Assembly (NCBI RefSeq): GCF_026571515.1
Contig: NW_026857983.1
Location: 62,001-126,000, forward strand
Direction of reading: 5' to 3'
DNA from: Ruditapes philippinarum
Taxonomy: Eukaryota
DNA: 64,000 nt
Shown here in pieces: positions 14,601 to 26,360 of this stretch (positions are counted from its first letter, which is position 1; the number at the start of each line of letters is the position of its first letter). A program made the position numbers and the translations under genes. Under the pieces are notes generated by a model that was given only the letters and a program-made list of their open reading frames with translations, had not been told where the DNA came from and searched no databases.

Positions 14601-16147
14601 TGAAATGATATTGATATTGAATTTGTATCTTAATTTGTGTTTTGTATTTCATGTATTAATAATTGTTTATTTATTTTTATAGGTTTCATTTTCACATCAT
14701 TAAAATACATAGAAATTGAACACCCAGTCAGAGTTGGTCATGTATTCTATCCAAACCATACTCTACATATATTAATTAATATTTTGTCTACGTACCAGCC
14801 TCCATATTTACACTGTCTATCTGACACCCTTCATTGCTGGTAACTGTATTATCAGTGATTGTAATTATAAAAATAATAGTTTGATCATTTCCATTTGAGG
14901 ACATCTTTATTTGTGCACAATATGTGGTTCAATACATTTATTTTTACTTTACCTAGGTTAATAAATGATAGTAATAAGTTTAATATTATAATAATTTATA
15001 TATTTTTTGAAATTTAGTATCTGCCACTTTGTGTTAGTTTTTACTATAACCCTGGCTAAGGCCTCTTGTAACTTTTTATTTTTGATAATACAGTAGAATT
15101 TAATACAATAACATTTTGTAGGAAAATGTGTAGAAAATTCTTGTGAGGCCTATCATTGTTATAGAAAGTTATTTACTTATTAAGCGATGCTTCTGGCCAA
15201 TTTATCATAAAATATACTTATAATAATTTTTAAACGTTTTGATAAAAGTATTATGTCGATGATTAAGGGAAAATCAATAGTGTAGTCCTACCAATAACTA
15301 TGGAACTTATTCTTATACGTACTCTCAATCAAGCAGATACAACACATGCGAAGCTTCAAACAACGAAAATTTTAACCTGTAAGCCTCCCTTTATAATTCC
15401 TTTCTGTCATTCTTTGAATGTATTAGCTTGGTTAAGGTTGGCTGAATATTATGAAAACAACAATTATTGCCGTTATTTTCGAAAAATTGTAGATTTTAAG
15501 AGTAAACAGCTGAGTGAGGCTTCAGAACGAGGCAAAAGCAAGTCAAGGTCACTCTTTAAATAGCTGTATACTATATTTAGTAACAAAATATTGCAGACGA
15601 CGAAGGGTGTTTCCTAACTTCAAACTTGTTTATTTACGTTTTGTAATTATTAGCTATTTATGTTTATTTTGGTACACAATAAAACCATTATAGAATAAAA
15701 CATAAACTTACTGTAATCAAAACAAATTTCGGTCTCAAAACCACCATCTATCCCACAAAAATTCTCCGAATCAGTGTTGAGGTCAATTATATCTTTGATG
15801 AAGCCCTTGGGCGAATTAAGTGGTGGTCCACCTCCAGTTTTGTTAAAAGACTGCTTGAAGTCATTGTGTGTCTGCTTAGAAATACGAGAGAGGTTGAACC
15901 ATTTTGTTTTTACCTCTTTGGTGGTTCTTAAGGCAGTGCCAATCTCTGAAACTCTGAGAGCAATTTCCTCCCAGATCCTGTTCTTTACATTGTTTGGAAT
16001 GTTGGTGCCTTCAAGCAGGCCTTTATTATTACTATATGCTGCCACAAGGACAGATATTTTATTGCATGAAAAGTTAGTGCTCCTGGCACGCTTTATTATT
16101 TGGTTTTCACTCAGAGTTTGTGATTTTACCTCTTGAATTTCGGCCAT
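9881..16147 (-). CDS. Myb/SANT-like (Myb_DNA-bind_5, NAIF1/MSANTD-type) Harbinger DNA-binding protein, ~262 aa
   Basis: Exons 15712-16147 (RSTNFS..LV..WEEIA..R...EVKTKWFNL..KTGGGP), 11555-11637, 11169-11245 and 9881-10073 (coiled-coil). All GT-AG, phases 1/0/2 join without stops. A phase-symmetric 48-nt candidate exon lies at 14796-14843. Confidence 0.8.
10120..10774. mobile_element. MITE with ~130 bp imperfect TIRs built from AAAACCCCACAC repeats
   Basis: CAAAACCCCACACATCAAAACCCCACACCT...TTTTATAGAGTGGACAA at left is inverted at 10665-10762. Right end ...CTTCCGTA; flanks TGTATG/TGTATA are a possible 6-bp TSD. Confidence 0.85.
11660..11690 (+). repeat. (AAT)n microsatellite
   Basis: About 10 AAT units in the Myb gene intron. 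Confidence 0.9.
12613..14483. mobile_element. Non-autonomous TIR element (~1.87 kb), ISL2EU-like
   Basis: TIR AGACCCTTTCATTTAAG vs CTTAAATGTAAGGGTCT (1 mismatch), flanked by AT on both sides; no coding capacity. Superfamily is inferred from the AT TSD. Confidence 0.75.
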
Positions 16148-18939
16148 CTTGGATTACTGTACAGGATGTAGGACACTGCATTATGGGATTGTTTTTTTGT
16201 TGTTAAATAGTTAACGAAAAGTTAATCAAATTAACTTTTCGTTAACTAACGAACATTTTAACAAAGCTCTGAACAACCAAAATGTTAACATTACGTTAGT
16301 TAACAAGAATGTTAAAATTTAACAACAGTTAAGTTAATTTGTTGTTAAAGTTAACAAAAGTTTTGAACAACTGGGCCTATGTTTTTATGTGCTTCAAAGA
16401 TTTACATACCGATATAAGCCCATCAATATTATGGAGATATTCCGACTCTCTAAATTCAATAAAACATGCATTATGTACTGCTAACATTGCAGTATAAACA
16501 AAGCAAAGTGTTAAACATGCATAAAAAGTGGTAAGTGACTTAAATCTCCAAGAAATGTAAAATTTTACTTCACTTAAAAAGCCTTGAACAAACTTTTCTT
16601 AAAAGTGTTGAAAGACAATGTAGTCATGAACTCATCGAGACCTTGTTAAGAACTCTCTTAGATACTCATGTTTTTATATAATTATATGGCATAGATGAAT
16701 TTCTCCAAAGAGACCTCACAAAGTGCTTGTAAATTTATATACGATTGTTTACTTTGTGATAACTAAACGTTTTATCTAAATAAACACAAATACTTCAATG
16801 CCAGAAAATATTTAAACAGTATTGCCTAATCTACATAGCTTATATTTCGTTTTGGTCAAATGTGTAATACAAGATTGAAAACTGATGCATTTTAACCTTA
16901 AAAAACTACATTGCATTATAAGTGTGATAGCTCATATCAAATATCTATATAAATATGTTTTTCGTTGTAATACTTAAATACGTATTGCTCTACGATAACC
17001 TCTGATATAATGTTAATACATGTGTAATCATATATAAGCTGATACATGTATATGAAACTATTTAACTTTAACTTTATAATGTCTGTTAAATAATATTTAG
17101 ATACAGATATGTCAAAATCGTGTATCATATGTCAATCGTTTGTATATATTTTATGTTGTTGGTTTTGTAATCGCTGAAAACTGGATTTAAGAATATACAT
17201 ATGCGGTCTGGAACACATGAACTTATTTACAGATTGAAACGTGTCAGTGATTTGTGTTACCAATGGCTTAATTTTCTTAAATTACGTAATAAGTAGGGTG
17301 AAAAAAAACTAGCAATATACATTTTGTATGCGTTCAAATCGCGAAAGGAAAGGTTAGACTTAAATGTTAGACTCAATTACACTAGAAAATTTCACTTCAA
17401 CGATAAATGTTAACGTAGCATTGATAATGAAATGATTATCACACATGATCTCGTATATAGGCACTACCTACTTTTGTAAATAGAAGTGTTTTAAACAACA
17501 ATATTCTGGAATGTTTCTGAATGTTTGTAGAAATGATGAACATTTGAATATATCATAATTAGCAAATGACATATTAACACACCCTTAGGTTTTATATGAT
17601 GATCAGAAATTAAGGATGATCAAATTTAAGAACACCCATTGCTACTCTGATATAAATTGTGATCTCTGCTCACCTGCAAAGATCAGTGTCATACGTGATC
17701 TCGTATTTGATAAAAGTAAATTACATGGGGTAGATTGAGATTTGATCGTGCCAAAGAAAGATGTGATTGTAAGTGTCTATCACGATTCTAAAGGTACAGC
17801 CATAAATTTAGATTTGAGCGCTATAATTTGTATAATTAACCATATTTGCGCTGTGTGTATATGTCCAAGTTTCCTTGTCGCAAACAAATAAAACACGTTC
17901 TTTTTTAAGTTAAGTACAAAATGAAACTTTATCGTTTCTAAGAAAAAAAAAAAGATAAGAACATATACATGATTGCAAAATCACTTCTTATGTTCAAAAG
18001 AAATACACACAGGTGTTAAATGACAAAATATATTGTCAGTTCCAAATTATCTTGATTCAATAAATACTTTGAAATTTCTTTCATTGAAATTCCTGTCTGC
18101 ATTCTACTGTATACTCTAATGTACAATTCAGTAACTTCTATACAGCGTTGTTTACTTTTTGTGTGTTAAAAGAACACTACTGTAGGATCTAGAAACAAGT
18201 TTTATTTTCATTTTTTTTGGAATGAATCTGTCGTATTATTTCTTTAAATTTCAATAGTAATGAAACTGTATTTGTACGAAATACGCTTAAGCTCTAATAA
18301 TAAAATCAAGCGATTCGTGCTTAAAACCTGCTTAACTGTTTGATGACGTAAATTAGGACGTCATTGTTTCACATGTACACGTGAACATGTTCGGCGGGCT
18401 GATAACTAGTTCTCGGCCCCGGGCCGCAAACTCATAATAGGTTACGCGACACTCATAATCAGATGAAATCATAGGCGATATTGTTACTATATATAGGAAC
18501 AAGTGTATTAATGTATATTGTGTTACACATAAATCTATTTGAATATCCGATGTCATTTTAAATGTAGATAAATTTATATAAAAAATAGCTTAAGAAAGAC
18601 TCTTGAAGAACATAGGGAATGAGAAGTCATGTCAATATTTACCAATGTGCAGAAAAAATACTTTCAACATGCTCAATAGTATAATGAATATGTTTTTAAC
18701 GTATTTATTTAAAAAGAGATAAAGAACAATATTTTACAAAGCATTTTCCAGATATAGATTTTATAATTTTATAATTTAGGTCGTTTTTTTTATTGAATAA
18801 TTAACATTTGATACATTATCAATAATTGGTCACTCACATTATCATAGTCAATCGTTTTAAATATATTACATATTTAATACAATTTGTATACTTAAACCAC
18901 ATTTCATTGATCAAAATTTATTCATGTATAATTCCATAG

Positions 18940-20554
18940 GTCTAGAGTCACTGAAGGTCTTACTTAAATGTGGTCTCAATAACAAAACGATTTTATCATA
19001 TAATATTATAATGAATACGAAATGGCACCCGCTATGAAGACACCGAAAGTAAAAGACACCGAAGATGCGAACATGTTATCACTGCAGACGGTACATGTTT
19101 TTAATAAATGTTAAAGAAGAATAACTAGAAAATAAAAATGATTATTTCAATGTGTATATTTTCTTGTTATACACATATTAAAACTTGTACTTTATCGTTA
19201 TATATTAAACATGCCTTGGAAGTTTCAGCAACATTATTTTTATTTATTTCATATCTAGTAATGACAAGGGGCCAGTATCACATTTTGACATTATCAGCTA
19301 TTAATATAATAAATTAATATTCCAAAATATAATTTTATATATAATTAAATGACACAATTATAGCCTAAAGTCATTAAAGTAATCTATGCCATCTATGTTT
19401 TGTTCTTACAATTTTCAGTTTGTTGACCGAATTGGATAACAAAGGCTTGCTAAAGGTACAGACAGCTTTACTTCCTTTACTTCATTTCATTTTTATAAGG
19501 AAGGTTATAAGTGTTGTGGTAATTGGGATTTAAATACCCAGTCATAAGTAGATAGATGTTTAGAGTGAACAAATATGCTCGAGTGAAAAAGTGTAAGTTT
19601 TTAGTTAAAATAAAAGTTCTATATGATTTCATTTGTCGGTTTTTCATAAAAGTCAATATCTTATCAAGCTACCACAATCGGATAGCATTTGTTTACTTAA
19701 AAGCCTGCATTTGAATTGTTCATAATTATATTTTAGGAAAAGAAGGGAGACCATATCTGCAGTGTGGAAACACCAGTCTTTAACCATTATCTGGACACTT
19801 GACTGCATTTTATACCAAAATTTCAAAGCAACATTATAGTAAGGGTCAACAACGCTACAAGTATTCAAATACCATACAAATTTAAACAATTTAATGGTTA
19901 TCTTTTATAATTTATTAAGTATTTTCTATGTAAAAGTCATAAATAATTCATTATATTAAAGAATACCCCCACACTCACTATTTGAAGTTTGGAGCTAAGT
20001 TTTCTTCTGTACCTGACATGATATAGAAATAAACGTATATTCTTTGTACAATGTAACTGCAATCAAAGTATAAATGTATCATAAAAATATCAATATCTTT
20101 ATTGTCAATGTTGTTGCAATTGAACTGTTTTTCCGTTTTAACAGTAAACGAACGTCATACAGACCAACCGTTGCATACAGAGCCAAAGAGTTCATACATT
20201 TCAGAAAGTGTACATCATCTTAAAGGCAAAATACGAGTACCAGAAGGTCGATACTATTTTGTTTATGCAGCTATACACGTCAATATAAGTTCATCTCCAA
20301 CCGAGACTGACATAAATTCAAGATGTACTGTTTGGATACGAATATGTACAGGGACTACTCAGGAACGAGAAAGAACAGTTCTCTACAAATCAAAATATTT
20401 CAATTCAAAGAATATGACAATTGTCACATCCTTAAATATACAGGGAGCGGTATATCTTCCAAAAAGAGAAAACGTTTTTGTAAAAATGTCAAACATTCAT
20501 ACGCTTATTTCTAACTCGGCTGGAAATGTTTTCGGAATTTATCCATTACACTAA
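18940..20554 (+). pseudogene. Divergent TNF-superfamily ligand; open TNF-domain exon but in-frame stops in upstream exons
   Basis: Last exon 20145-20554: KGKIRVPEGRYYFVYA...GAVYLPKRENVFVKMSN...NVFGIYPL. Exon 19737-19838 (CGNTSL*PLSGHLT, TAA at 19781) is phase-compatible. Exon 19419-19455 also has a TAA; candidate exon 18940-19090. Confidence 0.7.
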
Positions 20555-21792
20555 AAATCCTATGTAAGATTACGTGTACTTCTGTTACTATAAAATAAAC
20601 TTGATTAACTTTTTACTGTTTGATACTCTAAGTTCTTGTGTGCGCAAATGTTAGCGTATTTGTACTTTAGTATTTGTATTTGAGTTAAGATATCAGATTC
20701 ATAAAAAGCACATTCCAGACTTGTCTTATGCATTCTTTGAGTGCATGTTGTACATGTAATCAATATTTTTGTCGGCACACCGAATTTAACATTAAAAAAT
20801 TCACCGTTGTAATGTAACCGAGTGTAAACATTTTATAATACATGTATAAGAATAATTGCCCGAATTTGAAATACTAATGTAAAACTATCCAAACACAGCA
20901 TTTATTGTATTTTTATATAATTCATTATACATGTATTCACCTGTTGTGTTTTCATCATTAAATTAATAAAGATTAAACGTATTAAAGGGGCGTCAATAAA
21001 GCTGGTGATTATGACGAATTTATGCGTTATACATACACATGTTAAATACCAATCTGATATACTCACTACCTTATTACATCTGTCATTTTATTTTTAATTT
21101 AATCTTACTCGATTGTGAAACTGAGAATAAGTTTTGTAAGAAAATCAGGTTAAACTTTAATAAGCGTTCACACTCAACAAACATGAAAATGATAATAAAA
21201 AGCCCCTTCACTTTGATAGCTTACCACATATAGCATACAATATCCTTGAATATACATATTGTCTAGGTATATTACAAGCTTACCATTAAAAAAAATCCAT
21301 GACTGAAATGTCACGTATTTAAAGAAACAGATAATATATGCTTGGATCAAGTACAAGAAAAGTACGTGTATTTATTTCAGGTAAGGGCGGGTCATAAGTT
21401 TTAAAACTGTTTACATTAGAAGATAAAAGAAGTATCATTATAAACCATAAAATATTTTTATGAGCTCAAATATGAATTGCAAAATATCTTTGAATAATAG
21501 TTTTGTGACAGAACGATTGATGATAATTAACATTGAATAAGCGATCCAACTTTTATTCAATTTGTTATCTATGAAATAATATGTATGTCAATGTCACAGT
21601 AAAAATTGTGCCAAAGTTTGCAAATATTCAATCTGTCCGAACTTGAACACATTTGCGTTATAGATATCGGTTTTCAATTTACAACAGGAATAGATCATGC
21701 GTAGAAAATGGTTAGATTTGATATGTTTTGTTTACGGCATAGCCGAATGGTATTCGATATGGAAACTACGGATACGTATAGCGACCACTCCT

Positions 21793-23110
21793 ATATGATA
21801 CATATCAAATGACATTTTTTATAGTTTTATAGCATGTTTGTAATATGTAAATATGATTTGTGGAAAGAAATACATATTTAAAAAGATGTAAGTGTATTAT
21901 TTTTTTCATTTTGTCAGAAAGTTAAAAATAGTTTATCTTGCATTATAAGATAAAAAACGTACGATAGATAACGAAAAATACGTATTATATATGATTTACA
22001 ACATAACTTGATTTAATTGCTTCCTTTATATATTGCGTGGGATTTTTCTGTCCTCATTATCAAATATAAACTGTAAAATATGTTATATAATAATAAAAAA
22101 GCCTAACATATATATAACTAATACATATAAATGAACAGAAAAAACTCACATAAATTTTAATCCAGAAATATTAACAGCAGATTGAGTAAAACATATATAT
22201 TCAATATCAAATAACAATTAAAACATTGGTCAAACAGATATCATGTATTATATGATATATATCAAATGACTTTTTTTACAGTTTTATAGTATGTTTGTTA
22301 TATGCAAATATGATTTCTGGAAAGAATTACATATTTAAAAAGATGTAAGTGTTTTATTTTTTCATTTTGTCAAAAAGTTAAAAGTAATTTATCTTGCATT
22401 ATAAGATAAAACCCACGATAGATTACAAAAAATACGTATTATATATGATTTACATCATAACTTGATTTAATTGCTTTCTTTATCAAATACAAATGTCCTG
22501 ACCTTCTCGTGTCACTCATCATATAAGACGAAATATCGCTTGCGCTTTGGGATCTATGTTCCTATAATAACATCAACTGGTCGAATATTCCTTTTTTATG
22601 TAATAATTATCATGCACCATCCTCTGTACATACATTTAAAATGGTAAATTTGTCTGAAGTTATCGTTTTAAGCTATATATATTATATATCTTACAAAAAT
22701 ATAATGGTTTGTATCATTACTAATTCACATCAGGTACTACATCACTAGCTTATTTGATGCTTATTAACAACGGAGTTTGTCTTTTATCTTGTAACACTAT
22801 CTGAAGCACAATTATTCAAACATTCCTTAATCTTTGGAATACAAAAAGCCTCAATCAAATGTTTCATATATAATCTTTAACAACGCTTTCTATTGTGCGA
22901 GATTTTTCTGTCATCATTATCAAATATAAATTGTAAAATATGTTATATTATATTTTATAATGATTGAAGTATGCGAATTAAAACCTCAATATATATAACT
23001 AATACATATAAATGAACAGAAAAATGTCACATAAATTTGAATCCAGCAATTGAGTAAATGATATATATTCAAGATCAAATAACAATGTAAATATTGGTCA
23101 AATATATATC
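21793..23110 (+). repeat. Local duplication A-B-A-C-B
   Basis: 21793-22030 ~ 22250-22485 and 22031-22245 ~ 22891-23110, both highly similar by eye. Confidence 0.85.
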
Positions 23111-23599
23111 GTGTGTTAAATAAATTGTCTTAAATTCTGTTTTTACCAACATGCAGGGGCTGTATATATTACTAGATAAATATTTCAGATCAAGTAAGTT
23201 TATAAAAATTGGTTAGGTATATAGTATGTATTAAATAAATTGTCAAAAAGTCTGTTTTAACTAACATATAGGGGTGGTCGCTATACGTTTCCGTAGATTA
23301 TGGATATGCTTTTATGTTTTCATATTATACCATTTTATAAAAATTACATTAAAATTTATATTAAACAATATTATTTGTATATCTAATAAAAAAGCAACTT
23401 ATGCGCTCGGGTTATGCTATGATTATATAGTTCTTTACAACATTCGAAGAATCAACCAATATTTGGGCTATGTCTTAACATGATAATCTTACAGACGACA
23501 TGATAGTTAAACTAAACTAAGAATGTACTTTCATCAGTACTCTTGTCATCATTTACAAATTGATCTACAATATTTTTGAAAACATGTATTTTTTTCAAA

Positions 23600-24495
23600 A
23601 AACATATGACCTAGAGTCTTGAAACCTTTTAGAAACCTTGCTCAGCATGTGAAGTTGTGTACCTGGGGTGTTGCTTTTGGATTTGTTATGTTTTGTTAGA
23701 GTTATTGCCCTTGACTTAGTAAAACTTACAATTTTCAATTTGTGTCGCACGTAGCTCAAAAAATATTTGACGTAGGGTCATGAAACTTTACAGGAATGTT
23801 GCGAAGCATGTGTAGTTGTGCTCCTGGGTATTTTCGTGTGGATTTATTTAGTATCTGTGTAGTTATTTTCTTTGACTTAGTAAAAACACTTGTGTCACAC
23901 GTAGCTAAAAATTATTTGACATAGGATCATGAAACTTTACATGAATGTTGATCTGCATGTGAAGTTGTGTACCTTGGATTTCGCTTGTGGATTTATCAAG
24001 TATTTGTAGAGTTATTGTCCTTGACTTAATAAAAACCGTTACATTATATTGTGTTACTTGTTCCTTGAGTGCTTGAGTTAGAATTAACCAACTTTACTGG
24101 AATAATGATCAATATCACTGTAAAGCTATGTACCTGGGATATTTCATGTGGACTTTTGTCAGCTTTGTAAGAGTTATTGCCCTTGACTTATAATAAATTT
24201 GCAATTATCAACTTGTTTATGCATAGCTCAAAACGTATTTGATCTGTAAGCCTGAAAGTTTACAAGAATGTTGGTCAGCAACGGAACTTATGCATCTAGG
24301 GGTTTGCTTGTGGATTTATCAAGTATTTGTAAAGTTCTTACTCTTTATTTAGTAAAAGATTTTAAGTTTTCAAGTTGTGGCACAAGTACCCAAGAAATAT
24401 TTGACCTAGAGTCATAAGGTTTATAAAACAGTCGAGTGTTGGGGCACCACAGTTGAGTGTTGGGGCACCCGTATCCTATGGACACATTTCTAGTT
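23600..24495 (+). mobile_element. Helentron/HINE-type element 3' part with ~160 bp tandem repeats
   Basis: About 5 copies of GACCTAGAGTCATGAAACTT..GCATGTGAAGTTGTGTACCTGG..AGAGTTATTGCCCTTGACTTA; ends GGGGCACCCGTATCCTATGGACACATTTCTAGTT. Confidence 0.8.
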
Positions 24496-24524
24496 TTTAT
24501 TGAGTTCCCGTTTGAAAAACGAGT

Positions 24525-24680
24525 GAAGGAATAGCCGAGTGGTTAACGCATCAGACAAGTAATCTAAGGATTGCTGGCCGTGTAGGTTCAAACCCCGTCA
24601 GGGGCAAGCCGTTGTTTCCATCAGCAAGAAACTTTACACACATTACTTAGTACTGGTTGGTTCCAGAAACAGATTCGAGA
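24525..24680 (+). mobile_element. tRNA-derived SINE
   Basis: A box TAGCCGAGTGG, B box GGTTCAAACC, followed by a CORE-like GTTTCCATCAGCAAGAAACTTTAC segment. Confidence 0.75.
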
Positions 24681-25081
24681 ACAGAAAACTTAAGTCGTTC
24701 TTATGTTATACCAGGAAATGATTAAGCGAAAGAACACTTTTGTACCCAAAGGTGTATATACCCAACATTGACCGATATAAAGAAAAGTCATTTTTTTGTA
24801 CATATATACCCATCGATATTTAGTTTAGAGTGCAGATGTCCGACCAGCACACCAATATTGCTCGTACGTGTTGTGATTAACATATATATGCCTTAAACAT
24901 AAAAATGGAATGATTACATATATCAGTTGGAGCACTTTCAATGGAACATATGCATTGGATAATAAAAAAAATACTTGAAATTGAAAAGAAAACGTTTTCA
25001 AGTTTTGATCAATTTGGACATTTAGAATAATTACTCTGGGAAAAACAGAGTGTGACAATGATCTGAATATTTGCATACAAA

Positions 25082-25668
25082 TTATTGTTTCATATATTGA
25101 ATAATACGAGTATATAAATCTACCAACAGTTGCTTATGTAGCAAATTGGCCAAATTTATAACGTTGTGTATGACAATTTGATGGAAATTGGATATTTCTT
25201 GCTTATCAGACTGGCGTTTCTTGCATAGCAGACTGGCGTTTCCGTGAGTTTGACCCATGCCGGAAATTTCATCTGGCATGGGGATGCCAGATGAGTCGCG
25301 TGCCAAACAACAATGTAATTTAAGCGAACTTTATGAATGAAGCTCGTTAAAATGACGTCGTTTTAGAAGGGAAATATGTGCAAAGGATGACGCCATTTCG
25401 CGGTCGTTATTTAAGTTGTAAGTTCATACACTATTGTAAGAAAATAGTTATGGATAAAATGACTTTAATTTCCATGAACATATATCATATTGAGGTAAAC
25501 CATTTTAAATATGAAATAATATGGAAGAATATGCAAGAAAAAATATCTGACATATGTTTGCGGTTCGGATCGGAATATCCGTCCCTCGGGAACCGGCCCA
25601 ATGGGCGGGTCCCCTCGGGACGGATATTCCGGTTCAAACCGCAACATATGACATATATTATTATTCCG
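25082..25668 (+). mobile_element. Non-autonomous element with subterminal hairpin (Crypton-like, tentative)
   Basis: Inverted arms 25551-25585 / 25617-25650; shares AGTCGCGTGC..CTTTATGAATGAA with 28632-28680. Confidence 0.55.
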
Positions 25669-26360
25669 TTAGTTTTACCCAAGTAAAAAGTAATACAATT
25701 GGTAGATGTTTAAAAATTTGGCTGTGGCTGTAGGTACAGTGTCCCGTTAGGGCAAACGCGACACACAAATAACTCAAAGCAACGAATTGACGAGGGTAAA
25801 CAGTCGAAACGAAATCACGACAGTCAAAAGTCGAAGGTACGATGATGAAAAGTCGAAAGTACGATGGTAAAAAGTGGCAATAACAAATCCACGATGGTGA
25901 AAATACAATATTATTTCAAGTATTTTAAATTGCTACTAAGTTCATACTGGTTGAGCTTTTTTACCCCTTGGTGGGACATTAGTCTCTTAAAAATGTTCTT
26001 CCTTACGAAATGAAATAATTAAAAACCTATTGCCCATTTGTTTATTTCTCTCTTAACAACGGCGACACATACTTAACAGTCGGTTTACAAGACTTAGATT
26101 ACAGTTTATTTTTTTATCGATTCGGATTAACATTAATTTTTTTCTGCTTACTTTTGAAAATTAATGTTTAACTTAACGAAATGAAATGTGTATCACCATT
26201 TCAGTGATTTCTTTATTTATTTCTAATTATATTGATATAATCAATTTAATCGATTAATTCTAAAAATTATACTTAAGACGATTATGAAGTGCGATATGTG
26301 TAACTGTAAAGTTTAGTGTATTTAAACAGACCACAAGTTCAAAAAACTTTAAAAAAAAGA

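Larger units (their letters stand above)
6100..16377. mobile_element. PIF/Harbinger DNA transposon (~10.3 kb incl. nested inserts)
   Basis: Convergent transposase (+) and Myb/SANT (-) genes. Right terminus AACAAAAGTTTTGAACAACTGGGCC (to 16377) with TTAAC-rich subterminal repeats; similar TTAAC/GTTGTTCA-rich block at 6100-6290 but left TIR degraded. TSD not resolved. Confidence 0.85.
5149..16570 (-). pseudogene. TNF-superfamily ligand pseudogene (paralog of 26361/36153 genes) interrupted by Harbinger insertion
   Basis: Exon 3 5149-5565: YRNGRLVLPVDGAYFL*S*IDFFEPCDHSTGKPN...SNIQPHYISRNKFYNSY...GEISVKVSNIRYLRHTYDYSFGHYLI*. Exon 2 5873-~6040: YLEDNNVHLMSVSAQSFWESRSSTSLKGKEQ with GT donor. Probable degenerate TM exon 16410-~16570 (SKILHFLEI / ACLTLCFVYTAMLAV, gtatgt donor). 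Exons 2-3 are firm; exon 1 is tentative. Confidence 0.85.

Noticed and set aside
15774-16136. 120-aa + strand ORF
   Set aside because: Antisense shadow of the Myb/SANT exon.
23600-24420. CRISPR-like periodicity (also 49180-49930, 53130-53720)
   Set aside because: Whole units are homologous with no unique spacers; eukaryotic context and no cas genes.
24525-24605. Possible tRNA genes (also 54791, 44616)
   Set aside because: A/B boxes present but no cloverleaf, and they continue into SINE bodies.
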